From Octopus sinensis (Eukaryota), in the NCBI RefSeq assembly GCF_006345805.1, contig NC_042998.1:174096001-174160000 (forward strand): a stretch of 64,000 nucleotides of DNA, in the 5' to 3' direction. The translations under genes were made by a program, and so were the position numbers. Of the stretch, positions 25,186 through 36,249 are shown piece by piece (positions within the stretch are counted from its first letter, which is position 1; each line of letters begins with the position of its first letter). The notes below the pieces were generated by a model. It worked only from the letters and a program-made list of their open reading frames with translations, was not told where the DNA came from and searched no databases.

Positions 25186-26994
25186 TTTTTACATGAACCA
25201 TATAGAAAACAACTTTAGCCAATGTGCTCGAGAGTACAAATATATAATTCGATTTATCACGTTTATTCAATTATTTATTTTTATTAATGGAATTTTTATT
25301 AATATTTTTCTGTAGACAATTTAATTCAGACTGCAGACAGCATACAGAAAATGTGTATATGAAACGGTCTCAAGACTCATTAGTTTCTCAGTAAGCAATT
25401 CACAGATTCAGTAATAAACTGTGCATAATTTATTTGTTACAAAGACGTTTCTTTCAGTATTTGTGTAAACATAGAAGAAAATAGAATATTCTGGAAAGCG
25501 CAACTTTAAAATCATGTGTTTTACTGCAACGTTAGGAAATACGCAGGTAAATCAAATCTTCAAAATAGTGGTAAATTGAGTGAAAAATACACAAAAAATA
25601 GAGGTCATATTTAGATAGAAGTTATATTTAAATAGAAGTTATATTTAAAAGTACCATCAAACGCTTTCATAATTCAGTCTTGTAGCATGTTATTTTCTGA
25701 TGATCTAAAATTTCAGCGAACTTGTTTAATCATACTTTAAACACAGTAACGGAATGATTAAGTTCAACAAAAAAATTTACGTAGTCGATTAGAAAAAAAA
25801 TCAGCAATAAATTGTTTTTTAAATTTTGCAATGTTAAAATGTTATATCGTTAAATGTAGCCTTTATAGAAGTTTTAAAAGGAATAAAATTGGAGAACACC
25901 ACCGCCGCCTCCGGTCATTTGAAGTACATTTTAAAAGCATTTCGGTATCTAATCTTAAAAAGAATATATTTAATACAAAGTCATCTTTTAAATCATAAAT
26001 TTCAGCATATAAAATAGTTATACCAGAACCTGTTAAAACAAACTAAAAATAAATGAAGTTGGTGAAATATATTTTCACGGCTGATTTATATTTAAAAAAG
26101 CAATCACTGAATTACTGCTCTGCAAGGGGAAAAAATGATTACACATTTTGTAAGAGTAAAAGGATAGAAACATGTAATAATCTGCTACAAGTCGCTTTTT
26201 AAATTCTATGAAAGCTACGTGTGTTATCACAGTAGACGCTTTGTTAATTAAAATTAATTATCATGACCGGATGGGCAGTCTGTATTAGCCGTTATTGCAA
26301 TCAATGGCATGTGATTAATGTAGTCACGGAGTTACGAATTCCTGTAAATTAACTTTTATTATTAAAACAAAGCAACTATTTCGATACGTATAATATTTAA
26401 TATTCGAATTTTAAAAAGATACTAAATCAGTTTTCTGCTAGACTGAGACAAACGGCGCAGTATCGTTACAAACGGCGCAGTACCGTGGGCAGAATTCGGG
26501 ATTTGAGCTATATATTAGTAATTCTAGTTGGAATAGTGACGATTGACAACATTGAATAATAAGAAACGATAACTTTGAAACTGACTGATATAGAAATCTA
26601 TGAATATTTTAGTTAAATTGCAACCAAATGGGAATTAACAAAATATTAGTTAATTTGATACACAGACACAGAACGCATATACTGGTACAAATATATGTAG
26701 ACACAATATCGACCTACCTACCTACATATGTATCTATCTGTCTGTCCGACTATCTATCTACCTATTAACCAGTCAACCTACCTATCTTTCTATCTATCTA
26801 CTTTTTGGAACCTCACCCAAAATAAACGAAAACAATGTTCACCTCTTCTAAATAAAACCCCAAAAATATCTGTTTTATATAAATGAACAAGCTGTTCGTT
26901 CACAAAATTCTAATTGACAAGTTCGAGAAACGAACGAAAGCGCTAATAACAATCAATAAATAAAAGGATTCTTTTACAAAGTTCAAGCGACCAT

Positions 26995-27038
<44 letters not shown>

Positions 27039-27090
27039 TGTGTGTCTGTGTGTCTGTGTGTGTGTCTGTGTGTGTGTGTACATACATATA

Positions 27091-27299
27091 AGAGTGATGA
27101 CCATTATGTAGACAACCCTTATGCTTGAAGTAGATCCGCTAAGAAATGTTCTCAAGAAAATTTAGCAAACACTTATCATTTGTCTTGCTTCGCTTACGTT
27201 CTGGTGTTTGCAAAATTTTCTTGAGAACATTTCTTAGTGGTAAGACCATAGCGGATCTACTTCTAGCATAAGGGTTGTCCACAGAATGGCCATCCCTCT
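27091..27299. mobile_element. Fold-back MITE-like element in a microsatellite
   Basis: About 80-95-bp arms, agagtgatgaccatt...gcaaacac / gtgtttgc...aatggccatccctct, with a ~30-bp spacer. Confidence 0.75.
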
Positions 27300-27483
27300 C
27301 ATATATATGTATTACAATTTACTAAACCTTCAGTAAATTGTAATACATATATTCAACAACATCCAGAATTTGAATGACTTAATTGTCGCACGCTGAAAAC
27401 ATCTAATCATATGTATATTTATATATACATATGTATACACACACAGACACACAGACACAGACACACACACACACACACACACA

Positions 27484-27565
<82 letters not shown>

Positions 27566-27663
27566 AATAGTAAAAAGTGAAAAAACTACAGAAGGCTTAA
27601 AGGTTAAAAATATATATATATTTGCGTCAATATGTCTGAAGAATATTAAAATTTTTTTCCTTA

Positions 27664-27698
27664 CAAAGACCGGTTTCGCTTTTAGCTTTTCAAATTTC
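27664..27698 (-). ncRNA. Degenerate minimal type I hammerhead ribozyme motif in the Penelope pseudo-LTR
   Basis: Minus strand gaaat-TTGAAAA-gct-aaa-agc-GAAA-ccg-GTC-tttgt. The core differs from CUGANGA at two positions, and stem III is palindromic (ACCGGT). Confidence 0.45.
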
Positions 27699-28210
27699 TT
27701 ACGACGTTATGTTTATGTTGAATAGAGTTATCGTTATGTTTATGTTTAAAAGAGTTCTAAATAAGGGGAGGTAATGAGTGATTTCTTCCGGTGTAAGGAA
27801 GATAATCGCTTAAAATTTTTTTCCTTTCCCTTGGTGTGAATTTCTCTGTATCAGTATGTTGGCATGGTTAAGTCTGGGCTTGTACTTTTCAATGAAGAAT
27901 GTTTCCTTGTTTAGTCTAATTTGTGTTGATGATCCGATAGCACATTGGTAACATGGAAAGATTTAAAATTGTAGTAGTAGTTGCTTTGCGCATTTCTCAA
28001 TGTGCTCACTAAAAGGTATCATTCTGTATTCTGGGAATGCAATCTGTTGTCGATGCAGTGTGCATCTACGTCTGAGTGATAGTCCCGTGGATCCCACGTA
28101 GTCTTGGTGGCAGCCCGAGCATTTTATGAGATAAATTATGTTTTCAGAGGCACAAGTAAATTTAGATTTGATCTTGAAATTCTCTCCCTCTTTAAAGAGG
28201 AATTCTGATC

Positions 28211-28424
28211 CTCACAAAGACAAAATTGTTGGACATGTTGCACAGTTCGATCTACCACATTTTTTTACTTTTGCATCACTTAGCGGTTCGGCAAAAGAGA
28301 CCGATATAATAAGCCCAGTACTTATTCTATCGGTCTCTTTTGCCGAACCGCTAAGTGATGCAAAAGTAAAAAAAATGTGGTGGATCGAACTGTGCAACAT
28401 GTCCAACAATTTTGCCTTTGTGAG
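28211..28424. repeat. Near-perfect ~103-bp-arm hairpin interrupting the Penelope ORF, containing a SINE fragment
   Basis: Arms 28211-28313 and 28321-28424, 7-nt loop, about 3-4 differences. Confidence 0.95.
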
Positions 28425-29439
28425 AATCTTTTTAGGTTGTTTGTAGCTTTTAATAATTTGGTGTATGTTTAGAATTTCCTTTAATTTGGGGTCCTTATGA
28501 AGTATTGGTAAATTCTGGGTGATGATGGTGAAGGCTTCTTTGTTTCTGGGGTTGTATGTAGATATGTAAGGTAGTATTTTCGGGGAAGGTGTGTTGTTGT
28601 GTTGAACTTTTCTTAAAGTTTCTATGTTGATTTCTGTTGCACGTCTGATCCCATCCTCTATGAGTTGAGCTGGGTAATGTCTGTAAATTAGGGTGTTTTT
28701 TAGTTCTTGCAGTCTAAAGTTCCTGGTCTTTCTTCTAAACTATGTCATTGTAAGGAAAAAAAAATTTTAATATTCTTCAGACATATTGATGCAAATATAT
28801 ATATTTTTTAACCTTTAAGCCTTCTGTAGTTTTTTCACTTTTTACTATTTTCTATCTATTCAACCACGTGCTTTCACAAACCAACTTTCTTATCTATATA
28901 TATATACATGTATATATACTTTAAAAGTACCAGGAACACCATCCAACTACATCTATATATTCAAACCAGTTTGCCAACGGCACTTCAGTAACAACGCACA
29001 CTGATACGCTCAGTGACTACAACTAAATTCAGACACGACAGACAGAGTGGATGTTCTTCAAGCCGAGGATCGAAAACTTACGAAGACAATGGAGACACAA
29101 CTAGATCTCATTATGCAGGGAAACAGTTACATAATCAAGTAGCTGCACTCCTGGAGAACTATGTTGCGTGAAAACAATTGCAGCGATTAAAAAATAAACC
29201 ATACCCCTTTTTGTTGACTCCAATGTTTTCAATTACCTATTCACACACGACAGATGCCCAAGTACAAACCTGGAAGTACGTATAAAACTACTAATGGATA
29301 GCATAGGGTAAATCTGAAGCTGGGTGATCTTTATTCTGTACTCTACTACGTTCTTAACATAATATACCATAACTATATATGTGTGTATACATACACACAT
29401 ATATATGTTAATGTGTGCGAGTGCTTACACACACACACA

Positions 29440-31150
29440 GTCCAGATGAAACTTAATATCTCAGCAAAACTGGATATTATAATAAATTTGACTAAATTTT
29501 AATGTTGAATCTGTTATTGCTTTTAAAATAGCTTTAAAATAACATTTAATAAATACTTATATACATTCATTTCATAGTGGCTTCTTTATAGTAGACTATA
29601 CAAATGAGATTATCATAAACTTTACCGTCAGAATCTTAATTTTACTGTTAGATTTATACGTCGTGTGTTGTTGAGTTTCATTTGTAATATATGTTGTCCA
29701 CGTTCTTATTTCAGCATTAATTGAGTATTGCATGAAGCACAGGTTATTTCAATGGAGAGTTCTGTTGATTTAATGAGTTGTCTTCTAATGTCTGCCCCAC
29801 CTGGTTTTGTTTTGTGTTGCATTGCTCCTTGTAGCAAATTTATAATAAGTCGGAAGGCTGTCGTACTTGTATGACCAATATGAAAGTTGGACTTGTGATG
29901 TATATAAATGTCAAATTTTGCGATAGAATTTATGAATTCCCCTGGTCACCTGTTCGCGTGGTGACATGCTTGAGGTTTGTAGTTATTAAAGAAATTTTGT
30001 TTATTTACACTTCCTATTATTTGTAGTTATTTATAAAAGCTTGTTTATTTACACGTTCTGTTAATGCCTATTATAAAGCTTTGGTGTAATTTTCTTCTTC
30101 CTAGGCTGGTAGGAGAAATTGAGGAAGATATCCTCAAACCAGAGACCAGATCCCAATGCTTGCAAAGGCACCCAATGACCAGGTTTTCGTTATTAAATGA
30201 TATGGCGAGCTAAGTCTAACATACAAGTTTTATAAGTATTTTATTTTCTCAATTTATTGTTATCTTCCATAGTCATAATGCATTTCATTTATTTAAAACA
30301 CTTCATGTGCGATTTGTGCAAAGAAATATACGACCGGGCACATTTAGCAGACAACACGAAAACCGTGATTCTAATCGAAATTAATAAAGTCATCTGGTTG
30401 TGCTAACAAATACTCGATACCATATACGTGTGGATATTGGTAACATGTCCTTCAACCATACAAAATTCCATGTCCATTTTTATGGAGAGTAAAACAGAAG
30501 AGAAATGTTCCACTGCGATCGAAACAAGAAAACAGTTCAGAATTCTAGATATTTTGGTGAAATGGGTGGAATTATGTCGTCGGTTTCATCTTTCTTCAAA
30601 TATATTCGCATAATGTCAATCAGGTGCGAGGTCACTGCAACTGGGTACAGAAAGCTTTTACAAGGAGATGTCCGATAGTAATGCTAACGCTGAAGAAAAT
30701 CTTTGTTCTATGTTGAAAATGTACTCAAAGCTTTTGTCTCCTAGTGGCCCAGGTATTTTCTGTTGGCTAAAAATATTAGAAAAGCGTTCAGAAAACAACA
30801 CTTTAAAGTGAACACCACCTCACTTAACATTCTTTTCTCTCTGTAACGGCGTTGAATATAGGTGATGTTGTGTTTGTGGCAGATTATTCAAATTTTTTGT
30901 TAAACAAAGCAATGAATACACGAAAGGAATTAAGAGTACCAAGATATCACAGGACTTTCATCATCAAACTATCGCATGAGGAACATATGACTTAACTGTT
31001 GACGTTTTAAGAGCTGTAATTCTCTAACTGCAGTTTACAGCACATTTCCCAAATTCCTTCCAAGATTTTTAAATGATACAAAGATGCATTTTTGTCTAGA
31101 TCCATCTTGGATCAGTTATTTCGAAAAGATTACGACCAAACAGAGCAGAC
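29440..31150 (+). mobile_element. Possible very decayed DNA transposon relic (Academ-like N-terminus?)
   Basis: Broken coding-like stretches TSCAICAK and IRVDIGNMSFNHTKFH loosely resemble the Academ GD.iA.eaKYH motif. Weak. Confidence 0.2.
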
Positions 31151-31209
31151 TCAAACCTATATACGTAGATATACATATACTTTATTGAAAAGTAGCAAAA
31201 ATATCACGG

Positions 31210-31253
31210 AAACTGTTACTCAGAGTTTCACGTTCCCGTTCATCGGACAGCTT
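31210..31253 (-). ncRNA. Type I hammerhead ribozyme motif, near-canonical
   Basis: Minus strand AAGCTGT-CCGATGA-ACG-GGAA-CGT-GAAA-CTC-T-GAG-TA-ACAGTTT. Stem I has 7 bp, stem II 3 bp plus tetraloop, stem III is quasi-palindromic, and the cleavage triplet is GUA. The only core change is U4C. Confidence 0.8.
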
Positions 31254-31688
31254 TGTTTAGAATAGAACAAAATAAGGTTATATGTATAAATATACAATTA
31301 GTTTGATCGATGCACATTTGAAAATATTTTTGTTTCATTGGTCATTTCAACTAACATTATATTCAATGACCGGTTACATGAAATTACAATTGCGTTTTAA
31401 AATCGTATTATTATAAAAATCGAAGAAAACATTAGATCAAAAATAGCCATATAGAAGGAAAAAAGACCTGAATACCCAGGATAAATAATTAGTGGTAAAA
31501 GATAATAATAAATTTAAAGAAATTAAAAGATATATCATGACTCGGTTTTAATACAACCGAAATTCTTTCCGATACCCCGAGAAGAGGACAGCAACAAGTC
31601 TTGCAAAACATGTCTGGCAATTGAGAGAGAATGACACCTGTTCTTTCAATATAAGCTGGACAATTTTGGAAAAAGCACATCATATATA

Positions 31689-32086
31689 GGCGCAGGAGTG
31701 ATGTTTGGTAAGTAGCTTGTTTACCAACCACATGGTTCCGTGTTCAGTCCCACTGCGTGGCACCTTGAACACGTGTCTTCTACTATAGCCTCGGGCCGAC
31801 CAAAGCCTTGTGAGTGGATTTGGTAGACGGAAACTGAAAGAAGATCGCCTTATATGTGTGTGTGGGGGGGTTATGTCTGTGTACCTATTTTTGTCTCCCC
31901 GCTATTGTTTGACAACCGATCCTGGTGTGTTTACGTTCCCGTAACATAGCGGTTCGGCAAAGATAACCGATAGAATAAGTACTAGGCTTACAAATCATAA
32001 GTTCTGGGGTCGATTTGTTCGACTAAAGGCGGTGCTCCACCATGGCCACAGGCAAATGACTGAAACAAGTAAAAGAGTAAAAGAAT
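31689..32086 (+). mobile_element. Full-length tRNA-derived SINE (octopus OR-like family)
   Basis: tRNA-like head with A/B-box-like motifs, core gccttgtgagtggatttggtagacggaaactgaaag, internal TG tract, and 3' gcggttcggcaaa...aatgactgaaacaagtaaaagagtaaaaga tail. Confidence 0.9.
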
Positions 32087-32519
32087 ACAAACATGGAGCT
32101 TATAGAAAACCTATGAAATGTGATCTTAGCTTCCCAGAAAAGTTCTTCATCCAGTTCCAGGATAAACATCCATTGAACCAGAGACGCGAGCTCTTAAATT
32201 CATGCATGCATTTAAATTTGGCTTTACGCCTTATATATACTTAATTTTGTATTACAATGCTAGAACATATTACGACTTCACATTTTATATTATACATCCG
32301 ACTTTTAAGAAAGCCTTCGACTGTTTTACAAATTTAAACCTAAGTTTCGGCGAGGTTTATTTTGTACTCATTTTTACTCTTTTTTATATATTCAAATTTT
32401 ATATCTTAAATTAATATATTTACCTTATATTACATTTAATTATGTTATATTAATTATTGCACATATTTTAATATTCTATACATCAGACACATTTTTATGA
32501 GTGCCTATAACATATATAC

Positions 32520-32579
<60 letters not shown>

Positions 32580-33075
32580 TATATATATATGTATGCGTAT
32601 ATACATATATATACACACACATACTTACATATATATATATATATATATATACATATATATGTACACCCATATACATATATACTATGCATGCACGTAGAAT
32701 GGTTCTTCGCTGGAATTTCACTTAACGTATTTCACCCTTCATTAGACAGGATTCATTAAAAATCAGATACTTTTTACCAACTTTCGTTGTTATTAGTATA
32801 TTGTCACATCCTCGAGTATCACATTTCAAATTTAATTATTACCTTGCCACCATGTTCGAAGAATTTTACTATAATTCCAATAAAGCGATATTCTTCTGCC
32901 AATATATTTAGTTCAAGAATCATTTAGAAGTAGCAATTATGGAAACTGTATGAAAGACTAACGATGCATTAATACCACCATATAATCAAACTGTATTCAT
33001 CAGTGTTGAATACTATTTCAAAATATATACATCATACATACGTGTGTGCGTGTATATGTATGTATGTATGCATAC

Positions 33076-33129
<54 letters not shown>

Positions 33130-33140
33130 ATGTGTGTGTG

Positions 33141-33178
<38 letters not shown>

Positions 33179-33980
33179 TGTGTGTGTGGTGTGTGTGTGT
33201 GTGTGTGTGTGTGTATTCTTTACTCAGACATCAGATCTTGTGAAATAAGTAGAATTTAATTTTTCTTTACTTTTCATTTTCAGCATGTATTTAAAAGTTC
33301 TGCAGATATATCTTACTCGGAGGCAAGGCCCATTATTCACGAGAGAAAGAATCAGCTCTTTATTAGTATAATACAACGAAGTGTACATACTAAGTGTCAA
33401 AAGAATATAATTAACAGAAACCTTTCAAGCAAGACATCGGAATTAATTACAGAATTTACTTTCGATTCTATACATTTCGGGTTAAAATACCAACGAATGT
33501 TGCTAATTACTTTTCATGAATTCGGTTTCGCTAAAATATATATTAGCAACACTCTAGCGCAGATTCACCTTACCGAGTAGCCTACATTGATTATATGTTT
33601 ACATAGCAGACACGAGTCTGTTGTTTGTAAGAGATTGTACATATACAGGTTACTGACTTCATCATTGGAGACATTTTACAATAGTTATATCTACATAACG
33701 TTTCGATCAGTTTAAATCCGATCGTCACCAGGAATCTTTTTATTTCTAAGCTCAGTGTAAGGATGTCTGTATCAATTAGGCCACACCTCATATACACTCA
33801 TATATACAGAAATGTGGTGTGTGATATGAGTTTATTTATCTACACTCGCACACACATATATGCATGTATGATGTATGCATAAGTTGAGATATATATGCAT
33901 ATACATACATATACGTATATATGTAAATATATAAATATATGTGTGTGTGCATGTTTGTGTATACATACACATATATATAT

Positions 33981-34051
<71 letters not shown>

Positions 34052-34070
34052 ATATATTATATATATATAT

Positions 34071-34141
<71 letters not shown>

Positions 34142-34159
34142 CGGACAAAATGGTAAAGA

Positions 34160-34425
34160 CGCCCTCGGTCATAACGACCATGGTACTGCGCCTTGAAAAT
34201 TCCCCTCCAAAGCACAAGTCTGGGTAATGTTGTTTGTAGAAAACCTACAGTTCCCCATGCATACCAGCCTCCCCTCTCCACGCAACTCATTTCTACAGCT
34301 GAATGATCTGGAGCAACGTGAAGTTAAGTGTCTTGCTCAAGAAAACCACACACAGCCCGGTCCAGGAATCGAAATCATTACTTCATGAGTGCGCCCGACG
34401 CTCTAACCACCTAGCCATGCACCTT
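34160..34425 (-). mobile_element. tRNA-derived SINE (Meta/Ceph-like core)
   Basis: Minus-strand head aaggtgcatggctaggtggttagagcgtc...ttcgattcctggaccggg followed by ttcttgagcaagacacttaacttcacgttgctccag. Confidence 0.75.
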
Positions 34426-34615
34426 TTCCGCTCTCTCTCTCTCTCACTCTTTCTGATCGGTCGTGTTATTCTTTGCTCCGCAGTGAAATATTGTTTTTGT
34501 GCTGAAAAGTTTGAAAATTTGCTGTTTTGGTCGTCGAGGCCACTTCTTTTCTGCTGTTGCAGCAGAGTTCTGCTGTTCTTTCCCCCTTGTTTCAAGGGGG
34601 AAGTGACGAAAAGAC

Positions 34616-35939
34616 ATGAATTTGCAACCAATCTCCTCCGAGTCGGAGGAAAACGTTGAAAATTCGTTTGAAGGCATGAAGGCGAAAATGCGGGAGGAGG
34701 AAGGTAAAAGTAAAGAGACGTCTCACGCGCTCGTTACAAAAGCAGACGACAATATGTCTGGCGAAGCTAGTAAACGACAAGAAAAGGCAAAAATAAATTT
34801 TGCGAGTGCAGCAACTCGCCCCTGTGAAAATATAGTCATCAACAAGGAAGAATTAAAGAAATACCAAGGACTACTAAAAAAAGAAGGTGATAATGTGAAG
34901 TTGTTCCCTCCCAGTGAATTGATTTACGCGACGGAGAGAAAAACTGTAATTTACAAGACTTATAATGTCAAAAATAAGAAAATTGACTTCATACAGAGAG
35001 AAGCCATTGAAAAATGTTTGAGGCCGATATGGCAACAAACAAGTTATAAACAAGGGGTAGTCGCTTCGGCACGGTAGAGGTGCGTTTCCCTAGCGAAGAA
35101 ATAGCTAGGGAACATTCAACAAGAACGTTGAAGTCGGAAGAGGTAGTTCTTTTACCATTTTATTTAGGAATGAGAACTAGTAGAATAACGGTTACGGACA
35201 TTCCGCCCGAAATAGATGTGAACTTCATAACAGCAGCGATTCTTTAGGCAAAGAGGAAGAAATTGCCATTCTTCAGTCTAAAAGATATCGCCCCACAACC
35301 TGGTATGGACAGGACTTAGAGCTTGTGATCCAAGCGAACCCCTCGGACTTGGAAAAATTGCCAAGCTCCCTCACCATTGGAGATACCACCTTGATGGTAA
35401 TAGTCGAGGGAAGAAAACCGAGATGCTATAAATGTGGCGAGAAAGGCCACATACGGTCGAGCTGCAAGAAGACAGCGAAAGAAAATACTACAGAGGCAAG
35501 CACGACGCCGAAAACAACTTCACCGCTAGAAATAGCAGCCACGTCGCGCACCCCAATTGCCGAAATTCAGCCGACAACGGGAGAAAACAACGACAACAAC
35601 GATGACAACAACAACAACAACATCCAGGAGTGGGTCAACGTGGAAGCTTCAAAAAGAAGACGGAAACGGAAAAATCCACCCTCTTCGGATACACAGGACT
35701 ATACTCTGACACAGACAAGCACACCCACACCCACAAATACAGTCGCAAACACACACGTAGCCAAAAAAACACACACACTGGAAAAAGCACACACAAACAC
35801 TCACACACCTACCACAAGCACGCACACACCTACAGACACCCACGCTTCTACAAGCACACACACACCCACAAACACACACACACACAGCCCCCTCCACAAT
35901 CACCTAACAAAAAAAAAAGAAACACCTTCACGGCGATAA
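34616..35939 (+). pseudogene. Tx1 ORF1 (gag-like, CCHC zinc knuckle), frameshifted
   Basis: ORF pieces 34616-35077, about 35060-35250 and 35325-35939. Knuckle VEGRKPRCYKCGEKGHIRSSC. Confidence 0.85.
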
Positions 35940-36249
35940 ATAAAAACAATAACCCATTAAGGAAAAAATTAATTTACTGAAATCGGCGAAAAAAATATCG
36001 CAACAGATATAAATAGTATTATATCCGAAAATGTAGAATTTATACGATAGATAACGAGGATTATTTTGAAATTAAAAAATCTTTTGCGGAGGATGTAGGT
36101 CCGTTACAGATGAACTTTTCAAGCCATCTGTACAAGCAATTCGCAAAAAAACTGACCTCGCAAAACACAACACTCACAGACAGAAAAGATGAGGGTGAAA
36201 CTACACCCTCTCTTCCGTTAAAACAGTAAGTTTTAAACATTCAACTAAA

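Larger units (their letters stand above)
27561..28895 (-). mobile_element. 5'-truncated Penelope-like element (RT C-terminus + GIY-YIG) with inverted pseudo-LTR
   Basis: Minus strand reads RLQELKNTLIYRHYP...LPYISTYNPRN...KQPKKILTKAK...KCGRSNCATCP...FKIKSKFTCASENIIYLIKCSGCHQDYVGSTGLSLRRRCTLHRQQI...ETFFIEKYKPRLN. 27561-27666 is inverted at 28748-28854. Confidence 0.9.

Noticed and set aside
28138-28446. Two opposite-strand ORFs with near-identical peptides
   Set aside because: A consequence of the DNA hairpin, not genes.
32715-32750. Minus-strand ctaatga-agggt-gaaa motif
   Set aside because: G5 is mutated and stems I and III do not pair.
32495-34227. Many ORFs rich in YI/CV/HT (also at 14.5-15, 40-41, 44.8-45.3, 52, 55 and 57.7-58.5 kb)
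   Set aside because: They are translations of (TA)n, (TG)n, (GATA)n and (TACA)n microsatellites, which lack stop codons.
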